Source: Macrostomum lignano (Eukaryota). From it: a DNA stretch of 64,000 nucleotides. The stretch covers positions 372,001-436,000 of the forward strand of contig NIVC01000201.1 of the NCBI GenBank assembly GCA_002269645.1, given 5' to 3'. This document shows, piece after piece, positions 1 to 12,035 of this stretch. Position numbers and translations under genes: made by a program. The notes below the pieces were generated by a model. It was not told where the DNA came from. It did no database searches and was given only the letters and a program-made list of their open reading frames with translations. Position 1 is the first letter of the stretch. Every line of letters starts with the position of its first letter.

Positions 1-319
1 AGCCGCTGATATCTGGTTCCCTGCAGAGAGCGTACCCGCTGGCCACCCACAGGGTGAGAGCCGAAAAAAATGTGCGCACAAGACGTACAAGTGTACCCTC
101 CGGCCGCCTAAAAATAGAAGGGCCGAGAAGGGAGAACTGGCAGGAGTGCCAGTCTTTGAAAAGCGGGAAGATGTAAGCGATAGCTTACTGATAGTAAAGC
201 TATTTGAACATGGCGCGAATTCCTCACATGGTGGACTAGAAAATTTCGCCATGTGCAAGGGCGCATAAATAGCAGTTCCACTCAGTTGGCTAGAGGTGGA
301 GCCGACCTCGTGTGGCTAT

Positions 320-362
320 GACTGACTGACGAGGGCAAACAAGCCCGAAACCGGTCTCAGTC
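320..362 (+). ncRNA. Type I hammerhead ribozyme, copy 1
   Basis: Stem I GACTGA(320-325)/TCAGTC(357-362); core CTGACGA(326-332); stem II GGGC-AAACAA-GCCC; GAAA(347-350); palindromic stem III ACCGGT; GUC cleavage triplet, cut after 356. Confidence 0.92.
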
Positions 363-709
363 TGCCCCGCATGGTTCGATTCCCACTTTTAGCCGCTGAT
401 ATCTGGTTCCCTGCAGAGAGCGTACCCGCTGGCCACCCACAGGGTGAGAGCCGAAAAAAATGTGCGCACAAGACGTACAAGTGTACCCTCCGGCCGCCTA
501 AAAATAGAAGGGCCGAGAAGGGAGAACTGGCAGGAGTGCCAGTCTTTGAAAAGCGGGAAGATGTAAGCGATAGCTTACTGATAGTAAAGCTATTTGAACA
601 TGGCGCGAATTCCTCACATGGTGGACTAGAAAATTTCGCCATGTGCAAGGGCGCATAAATAGCAGTTCCACTCAGTTGGCTAGAGGTGGAGCCGACCTCG
701 TGTGGCTAT

Positions 710-752
710 GACTGACTGACGAGGGCAAACAAGCCCGAAACCGGTCTCAGTC
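710..752 (+). ncRNA. Type I hammerhead ribozyme, copy 2
   Basis: Identical to 320-362; predicted cut after 746. Confidence 0.92.
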
Positions 753-1099
753 TGCCCCGCATGGTTCGATTCCCACTTTTAGCCGCTGATATCTGGTTCC
801 CTGCAGAGAGCGTACCCGCTGGCCACCCACAGGGTGAGAGCCGAAAAAAATGTGCGCACAAGACGTACAAGTGTACCCTCCGGCCGCCTAAAAATAGAAG
901 GGCCGAGAAGGGAGAACTGGCAGGAGTGCCAGTCTTTGAAAAGCGGGAAGATGTAAGCGATAGCTTACTGATAGTAAAGCTATTTGAACATGGCGCGAAT
1001 TCCTCACATGGTGGACTAGAAAATTTCGCCATGTGCAAGGGCGCATAAATAGCAGTTCCACTCAGTTGGCTAGAGGTGGAGCCGACCTCGTGTGGCTAT

Positions 1100-1142
1100 G
1101 ACTGACTGACGAGGGCAAACAAGCCCGAAACCGGTCTCAGTC
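1100..1142 (+). ncRNA. Type I hammerhead ribozyme, copy 3
   Basis: Identical to 320-362; predicted cut after 1136. Confidence 0.92.
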
Positions 1143-1429
1143 TGCCCCGCATGGTTCGATTCCCACTTTTAGCCGCTGATACTGAAGCATCACAAATATT
1201 TTAGCTGTGCGGACTGGTTCCGTCATTTTACAAGCGCAGATATATGTATCTTCACTACGCCACTTTGATAAATTACCAATTTGAAATGCCACGATTTTGT
1301 GGCCGCTTGACTCCCTAAATTATTTTAAAATGAAATACGCCTTGGATAATAAACGCACCAAAATGAAAAGTGTATTTCATTAATTACCAAGCCAAGTCGC
1401 TAAGACATCTGCAGGCTATGAGCCCAGTG

Positions 1430-1975
1430 TCATAGCTGCAGCCGAACAGGTTCGTGCCCTGTGTCCGATAAAAACCCGACAAAGTCGGGCACAGACAGGG
1501 ACAAAGTGGCGGCATTGCAGCCCACCGGGTGGCAGTTCAGCTGTTCAGTTTCTGCCGGCTCCAGCAGCGCGGAGTCACACAGGAAGGTCACCAACTTAGC
1601 CGCATCGTTAGCCAAAGCCAGCGGAGTCACGCAGCCCTGCCTGACACCCAGCGTGTCTAACAGGGTCGGCTCCTCAGCCAGGCGGAAACTGCCAGCCGCG
1701 AGGCCAGCAGGTAGCCGCTTGTGCAGGTCCGACAGGCGGATTTGAGCGTCGTGACGAGCCGACAGCAGAAACAGCCGGCGCTTCTTGTCCTTGAGAAACA
1801 GATTCTTCAGGGTGCAGCCCGGCAGCTTGGCCACCGCCGGCTGCTGCAGCATCGCGTCCACGGTGAACACCTCATCGTGAGCCACTATGGAGTGGGAGAT
1901 GCCCAGCTGAGTCAGGTAGGCCGAGGTCTCCGAGCTGTGGCGGGCGATTGTGGCAGAGTCTGGTTGAAGCTGCAT
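1430..1975 (-). CDS. PRORSD1: Prolyl-tRNA synthetase associated domain-containing protein 1 (YbaK/ProX-type tRNA editing domain)
   Basis: 181-aa ORF with H-x-EVFTV, KNLFLKDKK, L-GV-x-QGC-x-TPLAL, HP---NAAT and TGH-x-P motifs that I recognise from PRORSD1/PrdX. A small upstream exon cannot be excluded. Confidence 0.88.
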   Translation of the reverse strand: MQLQPDSATIARHSSETSAYLTQLGISHSIVAHDEVFTVDAMLQQPAVAKLPGCTLKNLFLKDKKRRLFLLSARHDAQIRLSDLHKRLPAGLAAGSFRLAEEPTLLDTLGVRQGCVTPLALANDAAKLVTFLCDSALLEPAETEQLNCHPVGCNAATLSLSVPDFVGFLSDTGHEPVRLQL

Positions 1976-1983
1976 ACTTCTCG

Positions 1984-2222
1984 GAGTTAAGGGGTTCTAC
2001 AGGTGAGTTAAGGGGTTCTACAGGTGAGTTAAGGGGTTCTACAGGTGAGTTAAGGGGTTCTACAGGTGAGTTAAGGGGTTCTACAGGTGAGTTAAGGGGT
2101 TCTACAGGTGAGTTAAGGGGTTCTACAGATAGGGTGAGTTAAGGGGTTCTACAGATAGGGTGAGTTAAGGGGTTCTACAGATAGGGTGAGTTAAGGGGTT
2201 CTACAGATAGGGTGAGTTAAGG
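1984..2222. repeat. Minisatellite, 21/26-bp unit AGGTGAGTTAAGGGGTTCTAC, about 10 copies
   Basis: Direct inspection; the 21-bp unit contains CAG|GTGAGT on the + strand. Confidence 0.95.
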
Positions 2223-3036
2223 GGCGATTTTTGAGGAGAGTTAGGAGCAACTCTTGAGGATAAAGGGGCGGTTCATGAGGAGGATTAGGAACAGATATTT
2301 ATAAGCGATACTTCTAAGGACTTCGATGTCATAGCACAACTTAGTACAACCAGACCTGTTATTCAACTTGAATGTCTTGGCCTCCGTTGCCGGGACAGGA
2401 GCAGCTTGCTCTTCACTTTCAGTAGCCTGAAGGTAAGAAGCATTGCATGCATGTAGCAGGGCTCTGCTTTCTATACAATTAGAGGCAGGAGTTCAGAAGC
2501 CAAACACGAGAAAGCTTTTATTCAGCCGTCAGTTTCCGCAGGCACTATATTTTATATTTGCATGAGAGTCCTAAACAGCTCTGACGCACCCTTCCTGCTC
2601 AGACCGGCCAAGTCTTTCCTGATCATCTTAATCGCATATAATTTCTCTCCTAAAAATTAGCGAGATTTTTTAGCTTTCAGCACTAAATTTACAGTTACAC
2701 CATCGTCTTTGCTGCCCCAAGTAGTGCAGTAAGCAACTGAAAACAAAGTTTAAAAGACACAGAAAAAATGTATGATTTTTGAAAAAAAACAATCGACGTA
2801 TATTTATTTTATACTGGAAACTAGGAAGAAGCACAAATTGCACAAATTAAAATGCGATATAATTATAAATCTTAAATAGGATTAACATTATGCACCCAGC
2901 GGTAAGCCGGTTTTAAAATACAGATTCAAGGGAGAAAATGCAGTGCAGAGCCCTACGAAAATAGCGCCGATATGTTGTGAAAAATGGTTTGGGTAAATAA
3001 ATACGGGATTGAATAAAATACTCTATTTGATGCAAT

Positions 3037-3891
3037 CTAGTCTTCGGATTAGGGAATAGAATGAATTGCTAATCTAGCCTACAGATTAGGGAATAGAACG
3101 GATTGCTAATCTAGTCTACAGATTAGGTAATAGAATGGATTGCTAATCTAGCCTACAGATTAGGGAATAGAACGGATTGCTAATCTAGTCTTCGGATTAG
3201 GGAATAGAATGGATTGCTAATCTAGCCTACAGATTAGGGAATAGAACGGATTGCTAATCTAGTCTTCGGATTAGGGAATAGAACGGATTGCTAATCTAGT
3301 CTACAGATTAGGGAATAGAATGGATTGCTAATCTAGCCTACAGATTAGGGAATAGAACGGATTGCTAATCTAGTCTACAGATTAGGTAATAGAATGGATT
3401 GCTAATCTAGTCTACAGATTAGGGAATAGAATGGATTGCTAATCTAGTCTACAGATTAGGTAATAGAATGGATTGCTAATCTAGTCTACAGATTAGGGAA
3501 TAGAATGGATTGCTAATCTAGTCTACAGATTAGGGAATAGAATGGATTGCTAATCTAGTCTACAGATTAGGGAATAGAATGGATTGCTAATCTAGTCTAC
3601 AGATTAGGTAATAGAATGGATTGCTAATCTAGTCCACAGATTAGGTAATAGAATGGATTGCTAATCTAGTCCACAGATTAGGGAATAGAATGGATTGCTA
3701 ATCTAGTCTACAGATTAGGGAATAGAATGGATTGCTAATCTAGTCTACAGATTAGGGAATAGAATGGATTGCTAATCTAGTCTACAGATTAGGTAATAGA
3801 ATGAATTGCTAATCTAGTCTACAGATTAGGTAATAGAATGGATTGCTAATCTAGTCTACAGATTAGGGAATAGAATGGATTGCTAATCTAG
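3037..3891. repeat. Minisatellite, 37-bp unit, about 23 copies, with internal 7-bp inverted repeat CTAATCT/AGATTAG
   Basis: AGATTAGG recurs at 37-nt spacing (e.g. 3083, 3120). Confidence 0.95.
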
Positions 3892-3963
3892 CCAAACTCA
3901 CCTCAATCTAGCCTACAGAAGCAGCATGCGGCATTTGATTTATTTGCTATTAAAAATCAATTA

Positions 3964-6607
3964 TCAAAGCTCAAAGCCCCGGTCAGCAGCCAGCAGTGCA
4001 GCGGCCTGAGCCATGGAGTCCAACGCCAGCAGCCGCCGAGCCACGTCCAGCAGCGCCTGCGCCAGCGCCATGCGGGGCAGTTGGGCGCCGTCCGTCGCGC
4101 TTAACTGGCGCAGCAGAGTCGCCAGCGCCGTCAGCGCCTCCCGGTCGCGCGCCAGCTGCTCAGCCGAGATCGCTGTTGCCGCCGACTTTGTCGAATCGTC
4201 GGCAGTTGCAGACGCGGCCCAGATGGACACCTGGGTGGCAACGGCGGCGGCCAGGCAGTTGGTGCTGGCAACAGCAGAAGCAACAGACTGCTGCTTCTGT
4301 CTGCGAGCAATCCGAACCGAGCACCGACCCCAGGCGAAGCTGTTGCTAAGGAGAGAGGATCGCTGCTGCGGCAGTTCGAATCCCACCGAGGAGCTGAGGT
4401 GGCCGCCGCCGCAGCCGAGCAGGGAGTCGCCGCCAGCGGACAGCGGGAACTGCGGACAGGCCAGCAGAGACAGGGGTGTCCACGGCCGCCTGTCCACCGG
4501 CGTTGTGGAGACGGCAAAGTCCGTGAGCTGGGATGAAATTTTTTAATTGAAGGTAAATTAGACTTGGCACACGTAGTACCAGATAGATGACGACGCATTC
4601 AGGCTTAATTATACAGTCATAGTTACTCCTGCCGTTTACCCAAAATTACGTTAATTCGTCCAAGTTGTGCTGGGTGCTTAACCTAAACTTTTCTACTAAC
4701 TCAAGTAAACTAAATAGACGCAGCTCAGCGATTCCACAGCGACTCTGGCACGTGTCGGATACGACTCTGCGGCCCCAGAGTCACTTGCGTCGCAGACATC
4801 GCAGACTTTTACCGTGACTTCTTGTCGTTTAAGAGTCGTCTGGAGCCGTCTTTCCTATTTTGGGGCGACGCAAGTGACTCCGAGGCGCTTCTTGGCCTTG
4901 ACCGGGAAAACCCACGCCGCCGCCGCTCACCCAGAATGATCTCGTAGCCAGGACGGCAGCTCCCAAAGTCGAAGGCGCGGCCCCGGGCCAGGCGGCCAAG
5001 CCGAGAGACAGCCGGGCGATCAGAACCGGCTGAAGGAACTGCTCGCCACCCGAGCAGGTGGGGGAGTTGGAAGCCGCCGGAAGCGGCAGGTGAACCTCAC
5101 CATCAGTCAGCGGGAACTCGATGCGCTGTCGCAGCCGGCCAGCCGCCGGCCACCGCAGCTCAAGGACGCAGCGCCAGCCGCTGGCCGGGCCGGGCAGCCA
5201 GCGGCAGCCCGCCTGCGCATTCGCAGCGGCAGAGTTGACAGCCACGCTTAAATAGCAAAGCCGGCCGGAATGCCGAATCTCCATAGCAACGGAGATGCCG
5301 CAGCTTTTGGCCGGCTTAATGGAGGCGCGCAGCCGCAGCAGGTGGGCCAGCTGGGCCAGCCGGCGGGTCACGGTCCGGTCAGCGGCAGCCAGAGCGGCCA
5401 GGCGGTCCAGGCCGCCGTTAAGCCGCTCAGTCAGCCGAAGCAGGCAGGCCTCGCCGTCGCCATCATCGACATCCTGAATTCTTACATCCTGTTGGGCGTC
5501 GGCTCGGCACAGCCAGTCCAGCAGGCGGCCCAGCGGGTAGCAGCACTGGCTGAAGTCGGCGAACTGCACCAGCAGCTCGGCCGGGCTGTCCGTGGCCGCG
5601 ACGATGCTCCGACAGTCGGCGAGCCCGGGATCCACGCCAGCGCTGACGCCGCCGCTGCCGTCGTCGAGAGCAGCGGCGGAAACGAGCCGCAGTCGGCCGT
5701 CGGTCAGCAGGCAGGTCAGCACAGCGCAGCGACCTTGGCGCACCAGCGCGCAGTCGGCGACTTGAACCCCGGCGCCGACGCCGGCACCGAGAAGGCTGCC
5801 GCGGTTCACCAGACGCAGATTGACGCCCGAGTGGGCGAAGGTCATCAGCAGCAGGCGAGCGTCGGCAAAGATCAAAGCGACCCGATCTGAGCGGCCAAGT
5901 CGCCAGCCGAGGACTCGAAGCAGAAAGGAGCCGCCGAGTCTGAAAGCAGACTCTGCAGCAGCGGCAGGTTCAAAGTCGGCCGCTGTGCCACTAGCGGCAA
6001 AGTCAGTCGGGGAGGCGACTTTCAGGCAGGCGGATTTCCCGGGCGAGAGGCAGAACAGCTCGCCACCATCGACTGAGCAAAGAACGGCAAAGGCTGCTGA
6101 TTCAGCATCCCCGTGAGCACCATTTCTTGCACATTTACCAGCCAGAAAGCGGGCCAGGTTCTCGGGCAAGAGCTCCAGCACGGTTGGAGAGCCGCGCTGA
6201 TCATCGACATCTGCAGCCTCCAGCGCCGAGACCGAGGATGCCAGGATGCAGACGGATACCGGCCGCCGGTTCTCCTGGTTGCCATGGAAACAGCGACGCT
6301 GCAAACTGGCGGCGGCATCCTTGGCGCCCAGCTCAACCAGCTGCACAATCAGACCGAACAGATTTGGTGAGGCGGCGCTGGAGTCATTCTCAGCCAGCAC
6401 CTGCAGCAGGAACTGGCGCCTCCGCTGAACACCTTCAGCCTCTGCTGCACAGCTGATGCGAATCTCCTGCAGCGGCTGCTGTGAAGGACAGGCGGGCTGC
6501 GGATGGCGGTCGGGGCTGTGATGAGACCTGGCGATATCGCAACTGCTGTCGCCTTCCAGGTAAGTGTTGGGCAGCTCTGCAAACAGGTCGTCATCGTCCG
6601 AGTCCAT
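3964..6607 (-). CDS. Two-exon gene of about 746 aa; possibly a divergent Fanconi anemia core complex-associated protein 100 (FAAP100-like)
   Basis: Exons 6607-4931 and 4527-3964, joined by phase-0 TGG|GTGAGC...TTCATCCCAG|CTC; AATAAA about 20 nt past the stop. Weak recalled resemblance to FAAP100 (AVLCSVDGGELFCL vs VVLCGLPDGQLCCV, coiled-coil segment, W-x-C-V strand). Gene structure is well supported; identity is tentative. Confidence 0.45.
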
Positions 6608-7102
6608 CGCTGGAGCAATAATATTAATTTTACTATATTATTTTTGTAACCAAAAGTGAAAGATTTCATGCTACCGAGGGTCGAACCCTATATCAAAATA
6701 CCCTGAAATTTCCCTAAACATTGAGTCTAAAATACTCGAACAGAAAATTTCGTAAATAACCAGAGACCTTTACAAATCCTGCTATCATTGGGAAGCTTGT
6801 ATTAAGGAGCGGGGATCGTGCTGTGAAACTAACTTGCGGTTAAAAATATTTATTATGTATTTGCGCTGAATGTAATATTACAAATTCCTTAAGGCCTTTT
6901 TCACACTGCTCTATGTTCATAGGTTTCATGCGCATTGTGAGAAACATCGTGTACAATTGTGACTTTTGTGCAACGTTGCGTTGCTTAAATCCCATCTAGT
7001 GTGCAGGGTGACCACAGTGCAGAGTATTGAAGGAGGTCTTTAGGCTTTAGACAATGACTTAGATTGTCATAAAAAACTAAAGGCGTACTGCTTTTATTTT
7101 GC

Positions 7103-7797
7103 AATTGTATGTATATTCACTCATTTCAGCTGACAATCAAACCAATTGTATGAATACTCACTCATTTCAGTTGCCAATCAAACCAATTGTATGTATATTC
7201 ACTCATTTCAGTTGCCAATCAAACCAATTGTATGTATATTCACTCATTTCAGTTGCCAATCAAACCAATTGTATGTATATTCACTCATTTCAGTTGCCAA
7301 TCAAACCAATTGTATGTATATTCACTCATTTCAGTTGCCAATCAAACCAATTGATGTATATTCACTCATTTCAGTTGCCAATCAAACCAATTGATGTATA
7401 TTCACTCATTTCAGTTGCCAATCAAACCAATTGTATGTATATTCACTCATTTCAGTTGCCAATCAAACCAATTGATGTATATTCACTCATTTCAGTTGCC
7501 AATCAAACCAATTTTATGTATATTCACCCATTTCAGTTGCCAATCAAACCAATTTTATGTATATTCACTCATTTCAGTGACAATCAAACCAATTTATGTA
7601 TATTCACCCATTTCAGTTGCCAATCAAACCAATTGTATGTATATTCACCCATTTCAGTTGCCAATCAAACCAATTTTATGTATATTCACTCATTTCAGTT
7701 GCCAATCAAACCAATTGTATGTATATTCACCCATTTCAGTTGCCAATCAAACCAATTTTATGTATATTCACTCATTTCAGTTGCCAATCAAACCAAT
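7103..7797. repeat. Minisatellite, 41-bp unit TTGTATGTATATTCACTCATTTCAGTTGCCAATCAAACCAA, about 17 copies
   Basis: Direct inspection; ORFs 7099-7884 etc. are by-products. Confidence 0.95.
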
Positions 7798-10700
7798 CAT
7801 CCGACCTCAGTTTTTGTAATTTTTCTTTTTAAGCTTGTAAAATTCGAGAAGCCTGAATCCAAGAAGCCTGAGAGCTACCTATAAAAAATTGCTCAACACC
7901 AACGCTGCATCAAGCAGCAACTGAAAGGCTCCTTTGACCAAATTGAGCGTGCAGCAAGCTGTCTTCAAAAGATAAGAGTCAGCAAAAAGTCAGCAAAGAA
8001 GTCAAACTTTGCAGACATTGTCATTGAAAAGCAGACTAAAGTTGCTAAGCTTCGACGGACTTTAGTGGAGAAAGAGCTCATCATCACAAGCGAGTGGGAA
8101 CAGTTAGAGAGCCTGCTAGGAGAGGTGGCGTGTGCACCACCCGATGATAGTGGACAACACACCTCAAAACTCGTGGAAGAGGTATTCTGTGCAGGATATC
8201 AGCAATTCGACTTAAACAAAATGAAATGCCAAGGCAGAAGAAAATTTATAGCAACATCAGGTTGACTTTCTAACAATTGTAACAAAAATTGCTGGTACTG
8301 CAGAGCAGAGAGCAGAAATGGACTTTCTGCTACCTATCTCCCATTGCAGATCTAATAAAATAACTCCAAAAAAAGATTGGGCGCATTATGAATTACTACT
8401 GCCCTCGAAGTAAAAGGATATGACATAAGGAGAATATTTCTGCAATGCTTTCAAATTCTGTGGGACCTGAAGCTGTCCCATAAGTTTTTTTGTGTAAATT
8501 ATTATTTATCAATTGTACATATACTGTCTTTGAATGTCAATAATTATATGTGTGCATATTTTTGCAATAATCATGCTTGTACAAATTTAAATATACTTAT
8601 GGATCAAAATTCTGTATGCTTTGAAATACTTTTTGGTTTTTTATCTTAAGTTGTACATTAGGTTTTAAGGTTTTAATTTTTTTATTTAGACCTTAGCAAC
8701 CTGGTCTAAAAGATCCTGATTTTAGACCTCAATGCAGAAGAGGAAGTCTGTTATACTGAAAATCACAAAAGGAAGGAGGAATTGGATGCATTGTGGTGGG
8801 AGATTGAACCACATCTCTATTCTACACTAGGCAAGTTTTACCAAAGCAGAATGAATTGCTGTCTTTGTGGCTCTACCAATGCAATATTTTGCTGTGTATT
8901 ATGCTATCTGATGGAAGTCTGTGAATCTTGTTTATAGCATCATCACAGGCATAGGCCTCTACATAGAGTAGAAAGTTAGAATTTTAGTACATATTTAAAG
9001 TGGTTTTTATTATTCTCATATTTAATTATCAATAATCACTGCTCTAAGGAAGTGTTTTTCTTTATGAATAAGAGTTGTTCTATATAAAAACTCTTCATAA
9101 GCAATGCATGCATGCAAGTTAGCCAATGGATACATTTGTTTCTATTTTTAACTCTCCTGCTATGTTAATTATTTTTTTCATCAAGATACACCAAAATTTT
9201 TGTGAAGGTAAAATATTTGCAATTCATTTTAGAAAAACAAGATGCTAGCAATTGTAGAGGTATACCTATGCACAACTGTCTAAGGTTCATTAGTTTGGAT
9301 TTTAGCCAGTGCAGGTATAATTGGAAAAACTATTGCAAACCAGGGCCATTGCAATTGAACTGATACTACATCTAGAATCAATAGTTGAACATGATGCAGC
9401 TTATTATATGTTTGCAGCCTGCAAGGAATTTGCCAAGTTTTGCTCTCTATTATGGAGTGATCCTAGGATAAATAGCTTTTCTTTCTTTCTAGTAAAAATT
9501 CAATATTGTTTTTCATCTGACCCTATTTAATTGTTAACCCTATATTTTTGTTACTAAAGTATATACACTTGTTAATCAGATTCACATCTTCAGGATCAAA
9601 TTCTTTTGCAATTTTAGATAAATGTTTACAGGATAATTGGCACCTTTGGAAGCATTGCAGCTTTTTTAACTATTAGAGAATGTTCAATGGTCAAGTAAAG
9701 CAGACTGTCCCACTTGATTTATGGTTCCAAAAGTGCTATGCAAAGATTTTATCTTGGCCTAGGCCTATTACAATATTTGGTATTAGTGGTTTACACCTTT
9801 CAGGAAATTTTCCAATGTACACTAGAGTTCTTTTGGCAAAACTTTAGGTATATATACCAAGTATGCCAAAAAAATGAAAATGTGACTTTGTTAAATACAA
9901 TAAAACTTCTAAATTATGCAACCTCACTTAAGTACTGCAACAATAAAGGACATTTTTTCCATTGTTATGGTTAATGTTTATATGCACATAATCAATATCT
10001 AAATTCTTTAAAAATAGCACTATCACATTCAATTAATATTTTTATTCTTTTCATTTGCATTTATGTTGCCTCTTAACTGTTTACCTTTCTCTTTGAAATG
10101 TTCTATCTTTCATTACAGAAACTGGAAGATAGGCTACTTGCATCTATTTTTAAGTTGCTTTTTATATCACTTTTTTGTACACCAAATACAACTTTTTAAG
10201 ATTCAAGCATGCCAAATTTGCATGCCAATGAACTGAGTATAAAGGGCTAATGCATGCCAGAAAATTCTGGCATACAAGACATTTTACTGACTATGGCCTG
10301 GGTGGTTTAGAGTTTAAAACCCTAAAGCAAATTGATGGCATCTAATGAAAAAAGCAAAATATAAGAGCCCTATTAAAACATTGACATTGGTGACCATTTT
10401 GGATAAAAGTACAACACTTAAAAATAGTTTTATCAAAATATAAAAATAAATTTAACTTAGATTAGAATAATAAATAATAATCTTCTGATTCTATGCTATA
10501 ATAAACAAAGCCATAGCAAAATAGGCTTAAGCCTAGTGTATTGTCTTGGCTAAAAGCATAAAGATATATAGGCCTATGCCTATGTCCTAACTAAATATAA
10601 TTATAAATTATATTACTTGATAATTAGGTCAAAGCATCATGTAATACATAGTTAAAAGTTATTGCCTGAACTAAAGTGTAATGGGTATTATGATATAGTC

Positions 10701-11737
10701 TACAAGCTAAAATGTTAATAATTCAAAAACTTTATAAGAAGTAATGCACAGAGAATTGATGTTTATCATGAATTCAAGCTTCACACAAATCAATCTATTA
10801 CTTTGATTTAGACAGTGTAAATTTTGTAGATTTAATAACTCAGTCATAATCATTGACTAGCTGTGCTATGAGTCAAGATGATCATCACAAAAGGAAGCAA
10901 GAAGTATGACACATAGTGCTCAAGCCGTCAGCTACCCTAAACCCTACTATCTAAATGCAGACAAATTTGGTCCAACTAGAAGAGGTAATATGCACTCTAT
11001 CACTCTGCTCTAATGCATCTAGTGCATCATCTAATGTGCTTTAGTAGCTACAATAGTGGCAATTTAAATTCTTGTTTGGACTATTTTTTTATTTAATTGG
11101 CAATTTTATCAAATAGTCATTCATAGAAATTGAGAGTGTTTTAAGGTTTTTCCTTATATTAGCATCAGCTATTTATTAGGCCCTAGAGTGAATAGAATAG
11201 AATTGTATAGGTCTAATGGTTTGGTATCAAGTGTCTATATCTAGATTAGGCCTAACCATTGTAAGATTATGGTTAGGCCAGATAGCTCAAACTTCTAGGC
11301 CCTAATATTAAAGAAAAGAGCATTGGATAGGCCTATAGCCTAGGGTTAAGATTAGAACATAATTTGGCATTACATTTATCATTGCTTTTAGAATATTCTC
11401 ATTCCTAGCAACACTTAATCCTAGACTTATTAGGTGTATCCATTGTTATTTTTTGGAATTTAAAAAGTAAGAACATATAGAAAGTAATTGCAATCAGGTA
11501 AAAATAATGGTCTAGAAAGTCTAGAAAGTAATTCTATAAGAAAATTGAAGAATTTGTGAAGATAAAAAGAGGATTTTTGATGGATATTATAAAAAATTGT
11601 TATAAAGAGATATATGTTGAGCTATCAACTTGTTTAGTTAGAGATATTTTCTATAATTGTTTATATTATATGAAAGATTTTTTATTTTGACTTTAAAGTA
11701 ATTAAAGGAAAGTTGAAATTTTATAACTAATTAGATA

Positions 11738-12035
11738 CATACATGCGCAACCTCCAAAATTCTGTCGGCCGTGCGACTTAGTTTTAACAAAAATGCGACA
11801 TAGTTTTTTGGCTAAAAATGCGACTTACATTTTAAAAAATCCTAAAGCAAAATTAACGCAACTTAGGGTAAACGGCAGGAGTAACTATGACTGTCTTATT
11901 AGGCCAAAATGCCTCGTCAGCTACTTAGTATTACTACTTGGGTGTTTTTTGGGTGGGCATTTTTGCAACTTCTTTGATTGGCCGCCAAATCGGTCGGCCG
12001 GATCGGCCGACTCGGCCGACTGTTGCGCATGTATG
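11738..12035. mobile_element. Non-autonomous hAT-type MITE (298 bp)
   Basis: 14-bp perfect TIR CATACATGCGCAAC (11738-11751)/GTTGCGCATGTATG (12022-12035); 8-bp TSD ATTAGATA (11730-11737, 12036-12043); subterminal TCGGCCG repeats; CpG-rich relative to flanks. Confidence 0.88.
11866..11929 (+). other. Diverged 28S rRNA fragment (helix 69 to R2/I-PpoI target region) embedded in the MITE
   Basis: GGGTAAACGGCAGGAGTAACTATGACTGTCTTATTAGGCCAAAATGCCTCGTCAGCTACTTAGT vs conserved eukaryotic 28S GGGTAAACGGCGGGAGTAACTATGACTCTCTTAAGGTAGCCAAATGCCTCGTCATCTAATTAGT. Confidence 0.85.

Larger units (their letters stand above)
1..1180 (+). mobile_element. Tandem array of 390-bp hammerhead-ribozyme-containing units (retrozyme/satellite-like), 3 full units plus 10 nt; left end outside window
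   Basis: Unit start AGCCGCTGAT recurs at 1, 391, 781 and 1171. Units look identical by eye (ORF track gives identical peptides 390 nt apart). Each unit contains a complete hammerhead core. Confidence 0.85.

Noticed and set aside
271-390. Intact tRNA gene in the 390-bp unit
   Set aside because: D-arm-like and T-loop-like motifs are present, but the acceptor stem and T stem do not pair and there is no anticodon arm.
316-1048. 95-aa and 110-aa ORFs repeated in the 390-bp unit
   Set aside because: No recognisable domain; they overlap the ribozyme and are best explained as incidental ORFs of the repeat.
11866-11929. Functional rRNA gene
   Set aside because: Only about 64 bp, diverged, inside a MITE with no flanking rDNA.
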